Assembly (NCBI GenBank): GCA_951406725.2
Contig: OX597816.1
Location: 88,474,001 to 88,538,000, forward strand
DNA from: Octopus vulgaris
Taxonomy: Eukaryota
DNA length: 64,000 bases
Direction of reading: 5' to 3'
Shown here: positions 12,265-25,656 of the stretch, in pieces
Position numbering within the stretch: the stretch's first letter is position 1
Layout: every line of letters begins with the position of its first letter
Program-made: the position numbers and the translations under genes
Notes under the pieces: model-generated
What the model saw: the letters and a program-made list of their open reading frames with translations, nothing else
What the model was told of the DNA's origin: nothing
Databases searched by the model: none

Positions 12265-13029
12265 CATGAAGACACATAATTACAGACACAGTTGTATGCG
12301 CAGATAACGAAATGCATCATAGAGGGATAGAACGGATTAATCTGAGCAGGAAGACAACGTGGACAGAAAGGGTCGCTGAAGAGGTCACAGACGTTCGACG
12401 AAAGTAATGAACGAGTGAAGAACGAATATGTAGTCAATGTGTTTATTTGTCAAAAAAAAAAACACCATCCCGAAATATAGCAACATACACACACATACAC
12501 ATTTGTGATTGATTTTGCAACATGGATTAGTGATACAGATGTGAATCATGTATGCGAACATATATGTGTGGATCGGTCTGTACCTATGTGTATTTATGTG
12601 TGTATACGCGTATGCTTTTATACAGCTAGTAGGATAAGTTAAGTGTGACAATGATCGTTAGGTTATGCTACCGTATACTTGCTTCTGTAGAAGAATGTAA
12701 AAACGAATCAGTCTCTTCTAATCTCCGTTCAAGAATATGGCATTCACACTGTGACCTAGCAATGTCAAAATTCAAATATTTGCAAAATATATACAATACT
12801 TGGTGTGAAGAAAATTTACATAGTTATCGCTGAATATGATTTATATTCTATATTCTTATTATCTTAAATATGTAAATAAATTCGATGTATTTTGAGGCTT
12901 GAAAGTTTTCTTATTGTATTTGTGTACGTGCTTTATTGTGCATATATTTAGCCTTTATATTTTGTGATTGTGGGTGCATATGTAAATACGTATATACGCA
13001 CACATATATATTTACACACACACATACAA

Positions 13030-13065
<36 letters not shown>

Positions 13066-13673
13066 GCGTGTGTGTCTATGTGTATTCACACATAAATACA
13101 GTCACATGTGTTTATCTACCATATGCATGTGTATAATTGCTTACACGTTTACGAATTGATATCAGTATTGACAAAACCATTTACGAATAAAACACGGATG
13201 TACATATGTATACAAATACACTCACACACAAGGACAAACGCTTATATATCTACGCACATATACAGAGAGAATTGAGGAAAGAAAAGCAGAAGAGGGAGAA
13301 ATACATTTTACTGAAGCTATTTACACGTGCGTTTATGAGAAATTGAAAATAATACATGGATATAAAGATTTATAAAGTTTATACATTTATTCAGCTACGA
13401 TAATTGTACATACGTATATCTGTACGTATCTCTGCGCATAAATGTGTTTATACATACTGCTATACTTAAGATTATATGGATATTAACATAGTTACGACAG
13501 AAATATGAATTGCTATACATCTGTAAAAGTGCATGAATACCTACCTATCTATCTGTCTGTCTGTCTGTCTATCTAACTGTCTATCTATGTGTGTGTGTGT
13601 AGATATATACATATACATATATATATATATACATACGTACAAACATACATACATACATACATACATACATACA

Positions 13674-13706
<33 letters not shown>

Positions 13707-13944
13707 TCATCCATCCATACATATATATATATATATATATATAAATATACATATATAAATATACATATATATATAAATGTGTATAAATATGTATAAATAT
13801 ATATGTGTGTGTGCATGTGTGTTCTGTGTGTATAAAGATAGAGAGAGGCAGGAATAAATCGGTAGATTGATAGATAGATAGGTAGATAGATATGTTTCTT
13901 TATTAGCCACACAGGGCTGCACACAGATAGAACAAATTACAAGG

Positions 13945-14203
<259 letters not shown>

Positions 14204-14932
14204 TTGGTCCAATGAGACATTGTATTTGCATTTATATTTTTCTACGAACGACACACTCCAATACCAGAAACACGCATAAAAGTAAACGCATACGAAAAGT
14301 AAGCTCTCACGGGGAAATATGCATAGAAACCTGTATCCATTTGTGAATGTTTGGCTGCGTTATATATGGAATTTCTTGTTCATTCCCCTTTGTCAGTACG
14401 TGTGCGTTTGTGCGCAGGTGAATGCGCATGTCTTTCCATGTGACCATTTGATTATCTGTAAAGGAAGCAAACAATTATAGCTTTCCTGTCCTATACACAA
14501 GCAAATATGCGTTTGTATGTGTCTGAGGTGGGGTATGTATGTGCATATATATATATATATATATATATGCATAAGCATTTGAAAATATGCACGCATTCAT
14601 AATGATAAAACTGATTTTTTAATATGTTAGATTTATAAATATTTATATATTGGGTAGGAAGCATGTCTAACACAAATTTCTCTGGATTCGAAAATGTGAA
14701 ATACATGCATTTTCATCGATGATATTCAAAATTCTGCATACGTATGCAAATGTATTCATAAGTTCCACAAGTGGAATGTACGCACACACATATTTATGTA
14801 TGCATGAATATATATGTATATATATATATATTCTCAGGCACACCTATATGTACACGCACATATACATATGCAAGCACACACAAACACACATATATATATA
14901 CATACATACATATTTGTGTGTGTGTGTGTATG

Positions 14933-14969
<37 letters not shown>

Positions 14970-15273
14970 GTCTATTTTTCTATGTAACTGTATCTTTCTC
15001 TCTTCGCTATACACATACACACGTACACGCACAGACCGGCAGCTCTTTGAGGCCAAACATTTAAGGTCAATAAATGGTTGAACATTGAAACATTTTCTTC
15101 TTCGAAACCCAGCATAGAAGTTTCGGAACTAAAGCGGATGCTGAAAAGACACGCTCTTTTTATAAGCTGATCCGCCAACGACAGTGATTCTGAGTTTGTA
15201 ACCTTCATAAAAATCGTCATACCTTCATATTAAGATCAGAAAAGAGCTCTTGTCCTTTGGCGAGAATTTGTAG

Positions 15274-15462
15274 TTCGTCACTGTCATAGTGTCTAGCCAC
15301 GAGCACAGCGAGCTGGTCGGCGAGACATTGAAAGACTACGAAGCGGTAACAGGAGCGAAAATCAACCGGGTAAAGTCAGTGGGCTTGCTGATTGGCACAT
15401 GGGAAGCAAGCCCATGCCGCCCACCAGCGCCTTCGTCATTGAACGCTGGACAGACGGTCCGG
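15274..15462 (+). pseudogene. Tx1/L1-type RT fragment (region just after YADD)
   Basis: VTVIVSSHEHSELVGETLKDYEAVTGAKINRVKSVGLLIGTW matches the L1/Tx1 GAKIN..KS motif. Confidence 0.7.
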
Positions 15463-15649
15463 TCGTGTTTTCCTTTTACATTGACATGTCTGTGGTACAC
15501 GATCCCTATTGATCGGCTTTTTTTTCCACGATGCCTGTTAATCGGAATTCAACCCACTTTTTTTCTTCTTTTTCTTCTCTTCTTCCCGAAAAAGAAAGCT
15601 CAACTTTGTATTTAGTCCCCTCTGTGTTCAGCTGTATTGCCAATAAAGA

Positions 15650-15712
<63 letters not shown>

Positions 15713-15790
15713 ATAAAGATAGAGATATATATATATATATATGTATGTATATGTATATATATATATACATATATATGTACATATATATAT

Positions 15791-16453
<663 letters not shown>

Positions 16454-16478
16454 GAGAGAGAGAGAGAGAGAGAGAGAA

Positions 16479-17679
16479 ACGACATGAGTTAATAGACACT
16501 CTTATAATCATTAAAATTGATTTAAATCTGAAATTATGCATTCAAATTATTTATTGTTATAATATGAATATTTAATATTTAGTAGGCATGCCCCTTGCAT
16601 TTTTCAATGCAAGGACCCTATCAGGCATGTTATTTATCGGATGGCGAATACTCATTTGCAGAATTTCTTGTCAAGTTTCATGCAGCAATCTCAAAAGATC
16701 TGACTTTGAAGGTGCTTTCTTGTTCTTTTCATGCAGTACCCAGTCCATTATGTCCCAGATGTGTTCAATAAGGTCCATATATGGTGACTGGTTTGACTAT
16801 GGAAGCTTTTTAATGCCATTCCCATCCAACAAATTTTGGGTCATTTTAGCCGTGTGGGTCATTTTGGGTCATTTTAGCCATAAATAGTCTTTTTTAATCA
16901 TTTCGCCACTGGAGAAGATTGGACGGAGTCCTTCTGCAATATGAACACATTTTTACCTGAGTTTATGTTTCCCCACACTCCACCAGCTCTAATCACATTG
17001 CGCACCAGATAACCACAGAATAGCAGCCGTGTTTCATTGTAGGCTGCAATCTTTTTATATCAAATTCTTGACCACAAATCCACAATCGGAAAAACAGCAA
17101 ATCTGGACTCATCAGAGAATATGATGGTGTCCCAAAATGCTAGTTGCCTCTCTACCATCTCAATGGCCCAATTTTTCTCTGCTTGATGTTGGCTGGTCAA
17201 AGACATGGCTTCATTCTTGCTGCTCTGCCATAGTAACCAAGTTTGTAAAGATAACTGACAGCTGTTCTGGGACTGGCATCAACTTGTTCTGCTATGTCAG
17301 ATGCCTTGCAACGAGAATTATCCTCCAAATTTCTCTCAACAAAGGAAAGAATCCTGTTAGAGGACCCTGGTTGATCTGGGTAAAGTGATGTGGACTCCTT
17401 CCCCTCTCTAGTGAATTGCACAATCACTGTATTAACTGGAGAAAGCGGAGTTCCATGGTTTTCTGCGATTTGACGCTAAGTCTACATTCAGAATGACTCA
17501 CAATACAGCCACTTTGAAATTCAGACAGTTCCAAAGCTTCTTTTGTATATGGCATGATTAAAAAGTCACATATAGAACCTGAAACATAAAAACGTCAATT
17601 AATCAAATGATATAAACGTTCACAAGTTAGAATAAACATAAAACGATGTCTTATGGAGTGCCTATTTACTTCTATCATG

Positions 17680-17683
<4 letters not shown>
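16479..17683 (-). mobile_element. Tc1-like DNA transposon, degenerate
   Basis: Right TIR CAGACATGATAGAAGTAAATAGGCACTCC (minus strand) followed by TA; degenerate left TIR gacatgagttaatagacactc at 16481. Confidence 0.85.
16572..17555 (-). pseudogene. Tc1-family transposase pseudogene
   Basis: MPYTKEALELSEFQSGCIV start; [15 protein letters not shown]; FWDTIIFSDESRF; QSPYMDLIEHIW (SPDLNPIE.W-like); ends NARGMPTKY*. Confidence 0.88.
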
Positions 17684-17740
<57 letters not shown>

Positions 17741-17743
<3 letters not shown>

Positions 17744-18051
17744 GTATATTTGCCATTTAAATAGAGCTACCCCCTAAGGGTGGATGCTACTGTAGCTTGT
17801 AGCCTCAGGAGGAACCTCTTCCAGCTGGCTATTGACACACTTTCTGTGCCCTATCAGTATTTGCAAAGGCAAGCCATCCTTCTCGTCTTCAACCTATATG
17901 ATACACACGGACTCGAATTTCTGGGTATTGACCCGTCATCAGCGTGTGACAATCACGAGTTGTCGATGAAAAATAGGCCTCTCTTTGCAAATATATATCC
18001 TTTTTCCAGTGACGAAAAGTCACTGATATCGAAAAAGTGTAAACAAGCAAT
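17741..18051 (-). mobile_element. Family A monomer, circularly permuted copy between (TA)n tracts
   Basis: Reverse complement matches 4643-4953. Confidence 0.8.
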
Positions 18052-18289
18052 ATATATATATATATATACTAGCTTAAGGTGACTCGCTCTACGCGTGGGT
18101 AAGAGTGTGGTTCTTACTTTCTGTTTTTTTATCACCACATTCTCCCGTTTCTCTCTCACTTTCCCACTCTCTTACTCTTTCTTTCTCTCGGACTCTCACT
18201 CGCTTTCTCTTACTCTCTATCTTTCTCTATCTATATCTCTTCCATTTATAAACAACAAAAGATCTTGAGTAAGTTGAGAAAGTAAAATA

Positions 18290-18740
18290 TTTTGAAAGAT
18301 CAATCATAAATATCAGGCAGTGACAACGGAAAGGTCTGCTTCAAGGCAGACAGGAAAACACTAACATTTAAAAGGGACAGACAAACTTGCGAGCTGAATA
18401 GAAATATAAAAAAATATTGGAAACCAAAGTTTGAAGGGATAGAATCTGAGGATAGTAGAGTCACCTTGGCTGGCATTTCATAATGACGGACAGCAACGTA
18501 GTGGCAGTTTAACGGGTGGCGTAAAATTTAGAACTTGATGTAAAAGAAAATTCCTAAACACCAAGCTTTGAAGTGATTCTTTCTCACGACAGTAGACTGA
18601 CCATGGCAAGCATTCAAAACTTCATCATGGACGGCAACACATTGACGATTTAAAGGCTGGCGCAAATTTTTTAGCTTCATGTAACAGAGAATTCCTAAAC
18701 ACCCGCTCCTGTAAATTTTAATCCCCTTCATGCCCCATTT
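18290..18740 (-). mobile_element. Highly degenerate LINE RT C-terminal remnant
   Basis: KAWCLGIF (KA...LG.L-like) and LPDIYD..SFK (C-terminal LP..YDL.SFK-like) on the minus strand; many stops. Confidence 0.3.
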
Positions 18741-18956
18741 AGACCTCTTTTCACATTTTGGTTAATATAACCCGATTTCATTCGGGTCTATTCGGGCCAC
18801 AATTTATAAGATGAGGAATTTTGTCCTAGAGGTCACGCCTTTCATTTGAGGAAAAAAATAGTTGCCATGCAAACTCACCAGCACTTTTAACATAGGTGTG
18901 CATATTTTCAGCACAACCGACCACATAATGTACACATTATATATATATATACGGAT

Positions 18957-18995
<39 letters not shown>

Positions 18996-19028
18996 TTGTG
19001 TGTGTACGCATTATATATAGAAATGTAC

Positions 19029-19076
<48 letters not shown>

Positions 19077-19699
19077 TAAATTAGAGATAAAATCACTATT
19101 AGGCAAATTAAGCAGTGAAAAACCTAACCCAAAACATAAAAATAAAAATATAATGTACAAAATATATAAAATATAAAATTTAAAAAATTTAAATTATCTA
19201 AATTTAAAAATTAAAATTATTAATTTATATCTATAATTTTTTTTAAATATATATAACTATCAAAAAGTATTAATAAGTTTAATATACATAAATACAGATA
19301 TATACACTTAGTATATATACATTATATATACATATTTATATATAGAACACACACACACACACATATATAAATTAACCCAATAAATGTCTGATTCATAATA
19401 TTTGTTCTCATGATTGTGTGTTGGTTGTGGTTGTTGTGGCGATGATAATTCTCTCTATGAATGCAGACAGACGTAGAGTGAGAGAGGGTGTGAAAGCGCA
19501 GTCGAAGGCGGGTAGGAGGGGGAGATATAGGACGCTATGAAATGACGTCATAAAGAGAAAGTGAAGGTCAGGGAGATAGACGCTGTGAAATGACATTATA
19601 TATAGAACGTGATGGGAAGGGAGGGAAGAGAATGAGTGATGGAGGAAGACAGATACATAAAAGAATGAGAGTAGACTTGTCAACGTGCGTTTTTGGCCC

Positions 19700-19870
19700 T
19701 TGCAACGACACCTTTTAATATGGGGGTTTCTAACCTAGCCCACTCGCATCCTCACCTCATTTTACATGTCCCTGTAAATTTTGGAGTCAATCCGACGGTA
19801 TCTAGTGGCCTTTAACCCGTTCTTAATGCCAAAACCAGACAAACAAACTTTTCGTATTTCAGAAATATAA
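19700..19870 (+). mobile_element. Possible non-autonomous Helitron/Helentron-like terminus
   Basis: aaattttggagtcaatccg...cagacaaacaaacttttcgtattt resembles DINE-1/Lep1-type ends; resemblance only. Confidence 0.3.
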
Positions 19871-19907
19871 TATATATATATGTATGTATATATATATATA
19901 CATATAC

Positions 19908-19993
<86 letters not shown>

Positions 19994-19996
<3 letters not shown>

Positions 19997-20292
19997 GAGA
20001 GATGAAGGGGTAACCCTCCTCCCGGTCATGAATGACCATGGGATTGCACCTAGAAAGTTCCCTCCGAGGCACATGTCCGAGCAAAGCAGTTTATGGAAGA
20101 CCAGCTGTTACCCTTGCACATCAGCTTTCTTTCTCCACGCCATCGATTTTATCCAAGGAAAAGGCAAATACCGATAGAGATTGGCACGAGTGACGTCACA
20201 ACTCATTTCTACAGCTGAGTGAACAGGAACAAAATAAAATAATGTGTCTTGTTCAAGAACACTCACACAGACCGGTCCAGGAATCGAACTAA
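19994..20292 (-). mobile_element. tRNA-derived SINE, 5'-truncated
   Basis: B-box AGTTCGATTCC, followed by gtgttcttgaacaagacac and cactcagctgtagaaatgagt core blocks; the tail ends at (TA)n. Confidence 0.75.
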
Positions 20293-20364
20293 CTTCCTAT
20301 AAACTATTTTGAGTGAGAAAGAGCGTGTATTTTTAATCAATTGGACTGAACTCTTCTTGATATT

Positions 20365-20600
20365 TATTTCTTTGCTACCCACAACAGTCTAAACACAGAG
20401 AGGACAAACAAGGACAGACAGACAAACGGATTAAGTCGATTATATCGACCTCAGTGCGTAACTGGAACTTAATTTATCGACCCCGAAAGGATGAAAGGCA
20501 AAGTCGGCCTGGGCGGAAAATAACTCAGAAAATAACGGCAGACGAAATACGGCTGCGCATTTCGCCCGGCGTGCTAACGTTTCTGCCAGCTCGCCGTCTT
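20365..20600 (-). mobile_element. Full-length tRNA-derived octopus-type SINE with target-site duplication
   Basis: GACGGCGAGCTGGCAGAAACGTTAGC head and gcctttcatcctttcggggtcgataaa central block; 16-bp TSD aact[c/t]ttcttgatatt at 20349-20364 and 20601-20616. Confidence 0.9.
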
Positions 20601-21124
20601 AACTTTTCTTGATATTATGTCACATCACTTGGGCCTTAAGTAGGGCTGAATAGTAGTAATGAAAAGTCAAGTTAGATACTGGCAAGCAAAGGTGCCACAA
20701 TAAATGAAGAAACGCACTGATGAATATAGTAGTTATTTAATTTCAAACGTATGACCTTCTATGTCTCACAAAAGAATATGATATACAAATATTTGTCTTC
20801 TGTTTCCTCTTGTATAACAACCATTCACAATAATGAAAATGAAAATAGAACTTATCACTATTATTATCATATGATACTTCATATCCGATGAATGCTCTGA
20901 TGCTTTAAAATCAAAATAGTTTGACATTATTTCGTCGTCGTTGTTGCTGTTCATCTACTTGCTGTTCCTTTGACTAAATTTCGATCCAACACGATATAAC
21001 TGACTTTAACATTTAAATGTCACTATAACACATCCTGTAAGCAGATAATGTTGGATGTGAGCGCAAACATAGACATACACATGCACAATTTCGATAATAC
21101 ACACATACACACACACACACACTT

Positions 21125-21174
<50 letters not shown>

Positions 21175-21297
21175 TTTATATATATACGCATATATATCTA
21201 TATGTGTACATTTATAATTTGGTTTTATATTGTATACGTTTAATATGAACGCATACTTCCACTCTGAACCTCTCATCGGTCTTTTTCTTTCTGTCTC

Positions 21298-21337
<40 letters not shown>

Positions 21338-21340
21338 TCT

Positions 21341-21382
<42 letters not shown>

Positions 21383-21952
21383 CATGCACACATATATATT
21401 TATATATCTATCTATATATATATATATATATATTTATATATAAGTGTGTGCATAGATGTGTATATAAATATATATGTGTATATGTGTAAATGTATATATA
21501 TATATTGTGTAGGTGGGGGGGTGGTAGAGTGTAGGACGTGTGTATGTGTGAAAATATAATATGAAAACCACAAAAACAATGAGTTGTGAAAACCAAGAAA
21601 TGGGTTAAGACACATTAAATACGCTGTGAGTTTTCTCTTTCCTTCCAAAGCGAAATCTATTTCTTCACTTACCTCGTTAATGTCATTCATAAACACACTG
21701 AAGTCTCTAATTCACACTTCTCAACTACTAAGAGTACATCGACTGTAATTTCAGCATCGAAATAAGTTGACGGTAGCTCCATGGAGAAATCGTTTTATAC
21801 CTGTTGCATTATTGGAGAAATTGCTCATACAAATGCGTTGTGTGTATGTAGAACCAAGTCATAAATTCATCGCGTGGCATGTGATGCATAATTAAGGAAA
21901 TACTTATTTTGATCACAACGAAACACACATGTATATCTATCTGTCTATCTAT

Positions 21953-22015
<63 letters not shown>

Positions 22016-22205
22016 ACTATATATGTTTGTGTATGTATATGTATATACATATATATAAGAGATAATGGTGTCATTGAGACCCAAAGCTGTCAGGTAATGC
22101 TGAATAAATGCTATACACAGACCATATTTAAGTTCCAGATTCGGTAATACTGCGAATAAAGGGTTCAACGTTAGTTTTATGTTAGCGTGTGTATATAAGA
22201 TTGTT

Positions 22206-22462
22206 TGCGTAATAAGATAAAAAACCAAGGCTGTATATATATATATTAGAGCATTTATAGATAAAAGGTCTTACAGCTGTTTCTAGGATAATAATTAATA
22301 ATATCCCTTCATCGGAGACGGTGTGAGAGGAAAAATTAACTATGACTTAATTTTTCCTCTGCGATGAGTGGATATAATTAATTAATATCCTAGAAACAGC
22401 TGCAAGACCTTCTATCTATGCTCTAATATCTATACAGCCTTGGCTTTTTATCCTATTACGCA
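22206..22462. mobile_element. Palindromic element with a hammerhead motif on each arm
   Basis: Inverted arms with an inner palindrome at 22326-22360; hammerheads at 22268-22319 (-) and 22358-22408 (+). Confidence 0.8.
22268..22319 (-). ncRNA. Type I hammerhead ribozyme motif
   Basis: gtct-CCGATGA-A-GGGATA..TATCCT-A-GAAAC-AGCT-GTA-agac. Confidence 0.72.
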
Positions 22463-22468
22463 GAAGAT

Positions 22469-22500
<32 letters not shown>

Positions 22501-22505
<5 letters not shown>

Positions 22506-22662
22506 AGTTAAGTTAATTTTTTGACTCAAAAAGCAAAAGCAAAGCCATGTAGGGGGACATGGAGTTATGTACAGGGTGGTGTTCATGCAAAGAGTTCAGG
22601 CCATTTCTGGTCAAGAGAGACTTTGAACCGAGCGGTCTTCACTATCTCGTCCGGCAGCTTAT
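22501..22662 (-). mobile_element. 3' end of a CR1/L2-group LINE with a (TTAAC)n tail
   Basis: Minus strand translates NKLPDEIVKTARFKVSLDQKWPELFA*, then a short UTR and ttaacttaacttaact. Confidence 0.75.
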
Positions 22663-23600
22663 TCTACGGATACATATGCATACAGACACACACACGCACT
22701 TATATATATATACGTAACAATTCAGAAAATGGAAATGTAGCATCAATATAATTTCTCTCACAGCTGTTTCGATTTTACCCAAAGAATTAAATTCCTGTAA
22801 TTAAAACATTCCTTTGGGTAAAACCTCGTCAGAGGAACAGAAAGACATACTGTTAGGTTATTAAGTGTTATTCTTCCAAAACATCTCAAGAGACTGAATA
22901 TCACTTCATTACTAATATTGGTGTAAACCAATTTTTGGGTACGGGTGAAAGAAGTAGGTTTTGCATATGTACGTATGTTTTGTTTTCGTACACGTAATTC
23001 TTGATTATACATGTATAGAGGAATTGAAGGCTTTTGATACTTGTGGAGTATCTCTGTCTCCCATTACAATTATTTGTGTAGTCTTAAGGATCTGGAACAC
23101 GAAGAAGAAGCTTACGAGCGGAGTGTAATTCAATAGTTGCTTATTTTTAGTTCTCGTTCATGTGGCTTGCTCCCAGTGGCCATCTTTATGGCAGTGTGTA
23201 GTTCATTATAGCTCTGTTCACACGAGGTTCATTACCTCTGGAGATAACAGGTGAGGTTAGAGCGGGATAAGAGTCCGCTGTGAGCTGCCTCCTTCGCAGT
23301 GTTTCTCAGCGTAAACGAGAAGGAAGAAAGAGAGAGAATGTCTTAATTCTCCTGCTTTCGTTGTCTTCTCACGCATGGCAAATGGTTGCAGGCGAGATCT
23401 CACTCCTTTCGCGGACACGGTAATGGCTACCGGAACGACCTCGTAAAAATGGCGCTGGTTTCTTGTGCCTAGCTACACATGTATTTATGCGTATGTGTAC
23501 ATATAACATGTACGTGTACAATTATATAGACTAGTGTGTGTTACATATAATTGTTTTTTTAATTATGTATTAATGCATAAGTATACGTGTAGATAACAGG

Positions 23601-24715
23601 AATAACTGGGCATAACAACAGGTGTTTTTCGACAGACACCTGTTGTTATGTCCTGTTATTATTTTTATTGTATTTATATTGTAATTATATTTGTGTAACA
23701 TTGTCTGTTTTTCCGTCCTTGTTTTTGTATACATTCGCGATGCTTTCTTCCAAGGAATATAATACTCTTAGCTTAGTTTTTCTTTGGAGCTGGGCAGAGT
23801 AGAGCAATCTCAAGATTAATTATCCAAAATTGTGAGGATGATCTCCTTCTTGACTGAGGATAGAAAGCTTCGAATGACCCGTCCTTGTATTTTTGTATCG
23901 TCTATCTGGATGCATTATTGTCCCTTTTTGTATCACTTAGTTGTCCGGATGTTTTACGTTCTGTCCCATTTTATATTATATATATATATATATGTGTGTG
24001 TGTGTATGTATGCGTCTCTTTCTCTCTCTCTCTCCCTCTCTCTCTCTCTTCTCCTCCTACTTTTCTCTTTTCTTGCCTCTGATTCTTTGGTCTCCTCTTC
24101 CCCCACTCTCTCACATTTCTCTGTCTTTCTCACTTTGCACTTCAATGATTCTGTCGCCAAACCAATCCTTGGCACGCTCTCTTTCTTCTCCCGTCTTTAA
24201 TTCCTTCTTTCTCTCTCTTCTCCCCCCTTTGGCGCCTTTGTCCCTCTTTTTCTCTCTCTCTTTGATTCCTTTGCCCCCTTTTTTCTCTCTCTTCTCTTCT
24301 CACGTGACCGCTGATCAACCAGCCTTTCGGCTTCTGACCACCGCCACGAGAACATCTTTTTTTCCAAATACGCCAGCTAAGCTAAGTTGTACTGTCTATA
24401 GTCGTAAGACACCCGCTGTTTTTGTCCTGTTATTACTATTATTGTTTTTTGTATTTATATTCGTGTGGCATCGTCGGTTTTCCTGTCCTTGTTTCGTATA
24501 CATTCGATCCTTTTTCCAAGAAATCTAATGCTCGTAGCTTAGTTTTTCCTTGGGGCTGGCCGGATCGGAGCGATCTCAAGATTAATCAGCCGAAATTGCG
24601 AGGATGATCCGGTTCTTGACTGAAGATTGAAGGCTTCGAATGTCCCGTCCGTGTTTTTTGTATCGTTTTCTAAATGTTTTGCGTTCTTGTCCCAGTTTGT
24701 ATTTTTTTACATCTA
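23601..24715 (+). mobile_element. Non-autonomous repeat family B, partial tandem with a short inverted 5' end
   Basis: 23630-23975 recurs at 24400-24715; hairpin at 23601-23660; homologous locus on the minus strand at 58090-59140. Confidence 0.8.
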
Positions 24716-24718
24716 CAT

Positions 24719-24828
<110 letters not shown>

Positions 24829-25017
24829 TATGTATATATATATATATATATATGCATATAAGTGCACCATATATATAATAAGACGGAGGTTTCTGACAAT
24901 GATTACTTTATACTCTATTTTTCATATTAATTTCATACTAATAATAGTAATAGGCAACAAACCAGTAATTCATTGGATATATTTATCCCTTAATGTATAT
25001 ATATATATATATATGCA

Positions 25018-25350
25018 TATGTGGACACAGGACGTCATGAAAAGTGTACAACAAAAAAGAACGAAGCACGAGCACATGGAAAACCAAACAAACAACATAA
25101 AGTACGACCCTTCATCCGTTGTTATTTAATTTGCTGTGGGAGAGCAACTGTTTTATCGAAAGCGTATATTGTTGTTAAATGCTCGAAATACGAGACTAGA
25201 AAAACAGCCAGCAACTGATGAAGGGTCGTTCTTTATGTTGTTTGTTTTCCATTTGTGTCTTTCGTTGTTCGAAAGAATAGCTCATGTTCCATGTACTCGT
25301 GCTTCGTACTTTTTTATTGTACATGTTTCATGACTTCTGTGCCCACATAT
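25018..25350. mobile_element. Fold-back (inverted-repeat) element between (TA)n tracts
   Basis: 25018-25121 is inverted relative to 25212-25350; CTGATGAAG at 25215. Confidence 0.7.
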
Positions 25351-25410
25351 TCATATATATATATATATACGTATAGACGTAATAATGTACATATACGTAT
25401 GTGTATATGC

Positions 25411-25566
<156 letters not shown>

Positions 25567-25656
25567 GACTCAACGTGGCTGTGTGGTAAAGAGCTTGCTT
25601 CCCAACCACATGGTTTCTGTTTCAGTCCCACTACTTCGACACCTGGGCAAGTGTCG
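25567..25656 (+). mobile_element. tRNA-derived SINE head, truncated
   Basis: A-box GTGGCTGTGTGGTA, B-box-like gtttcagtccc, then cctgggcaagtgtc. Confidence 0.7.

Noticed and set aside
12376-12408. CTGAAGAG-GTC...GAC-GAAAGTA hammerhead-like string
   Set aside because: No stem I or stem III, and the surrounding frame (RKTTWTERVAE) looks more like an RTE-LINE C-terminal remnant.
17105-17118. CTGATGAG on the minus strand
   Set aside because: It encodes the FSDES catalytic motif of the Tc1 transposase, and no GAAA partner is present.
22501-22516. Telomere-like pentamer repeat
   Set aside because: Only three units, and they form the tail of a LINE fragment.
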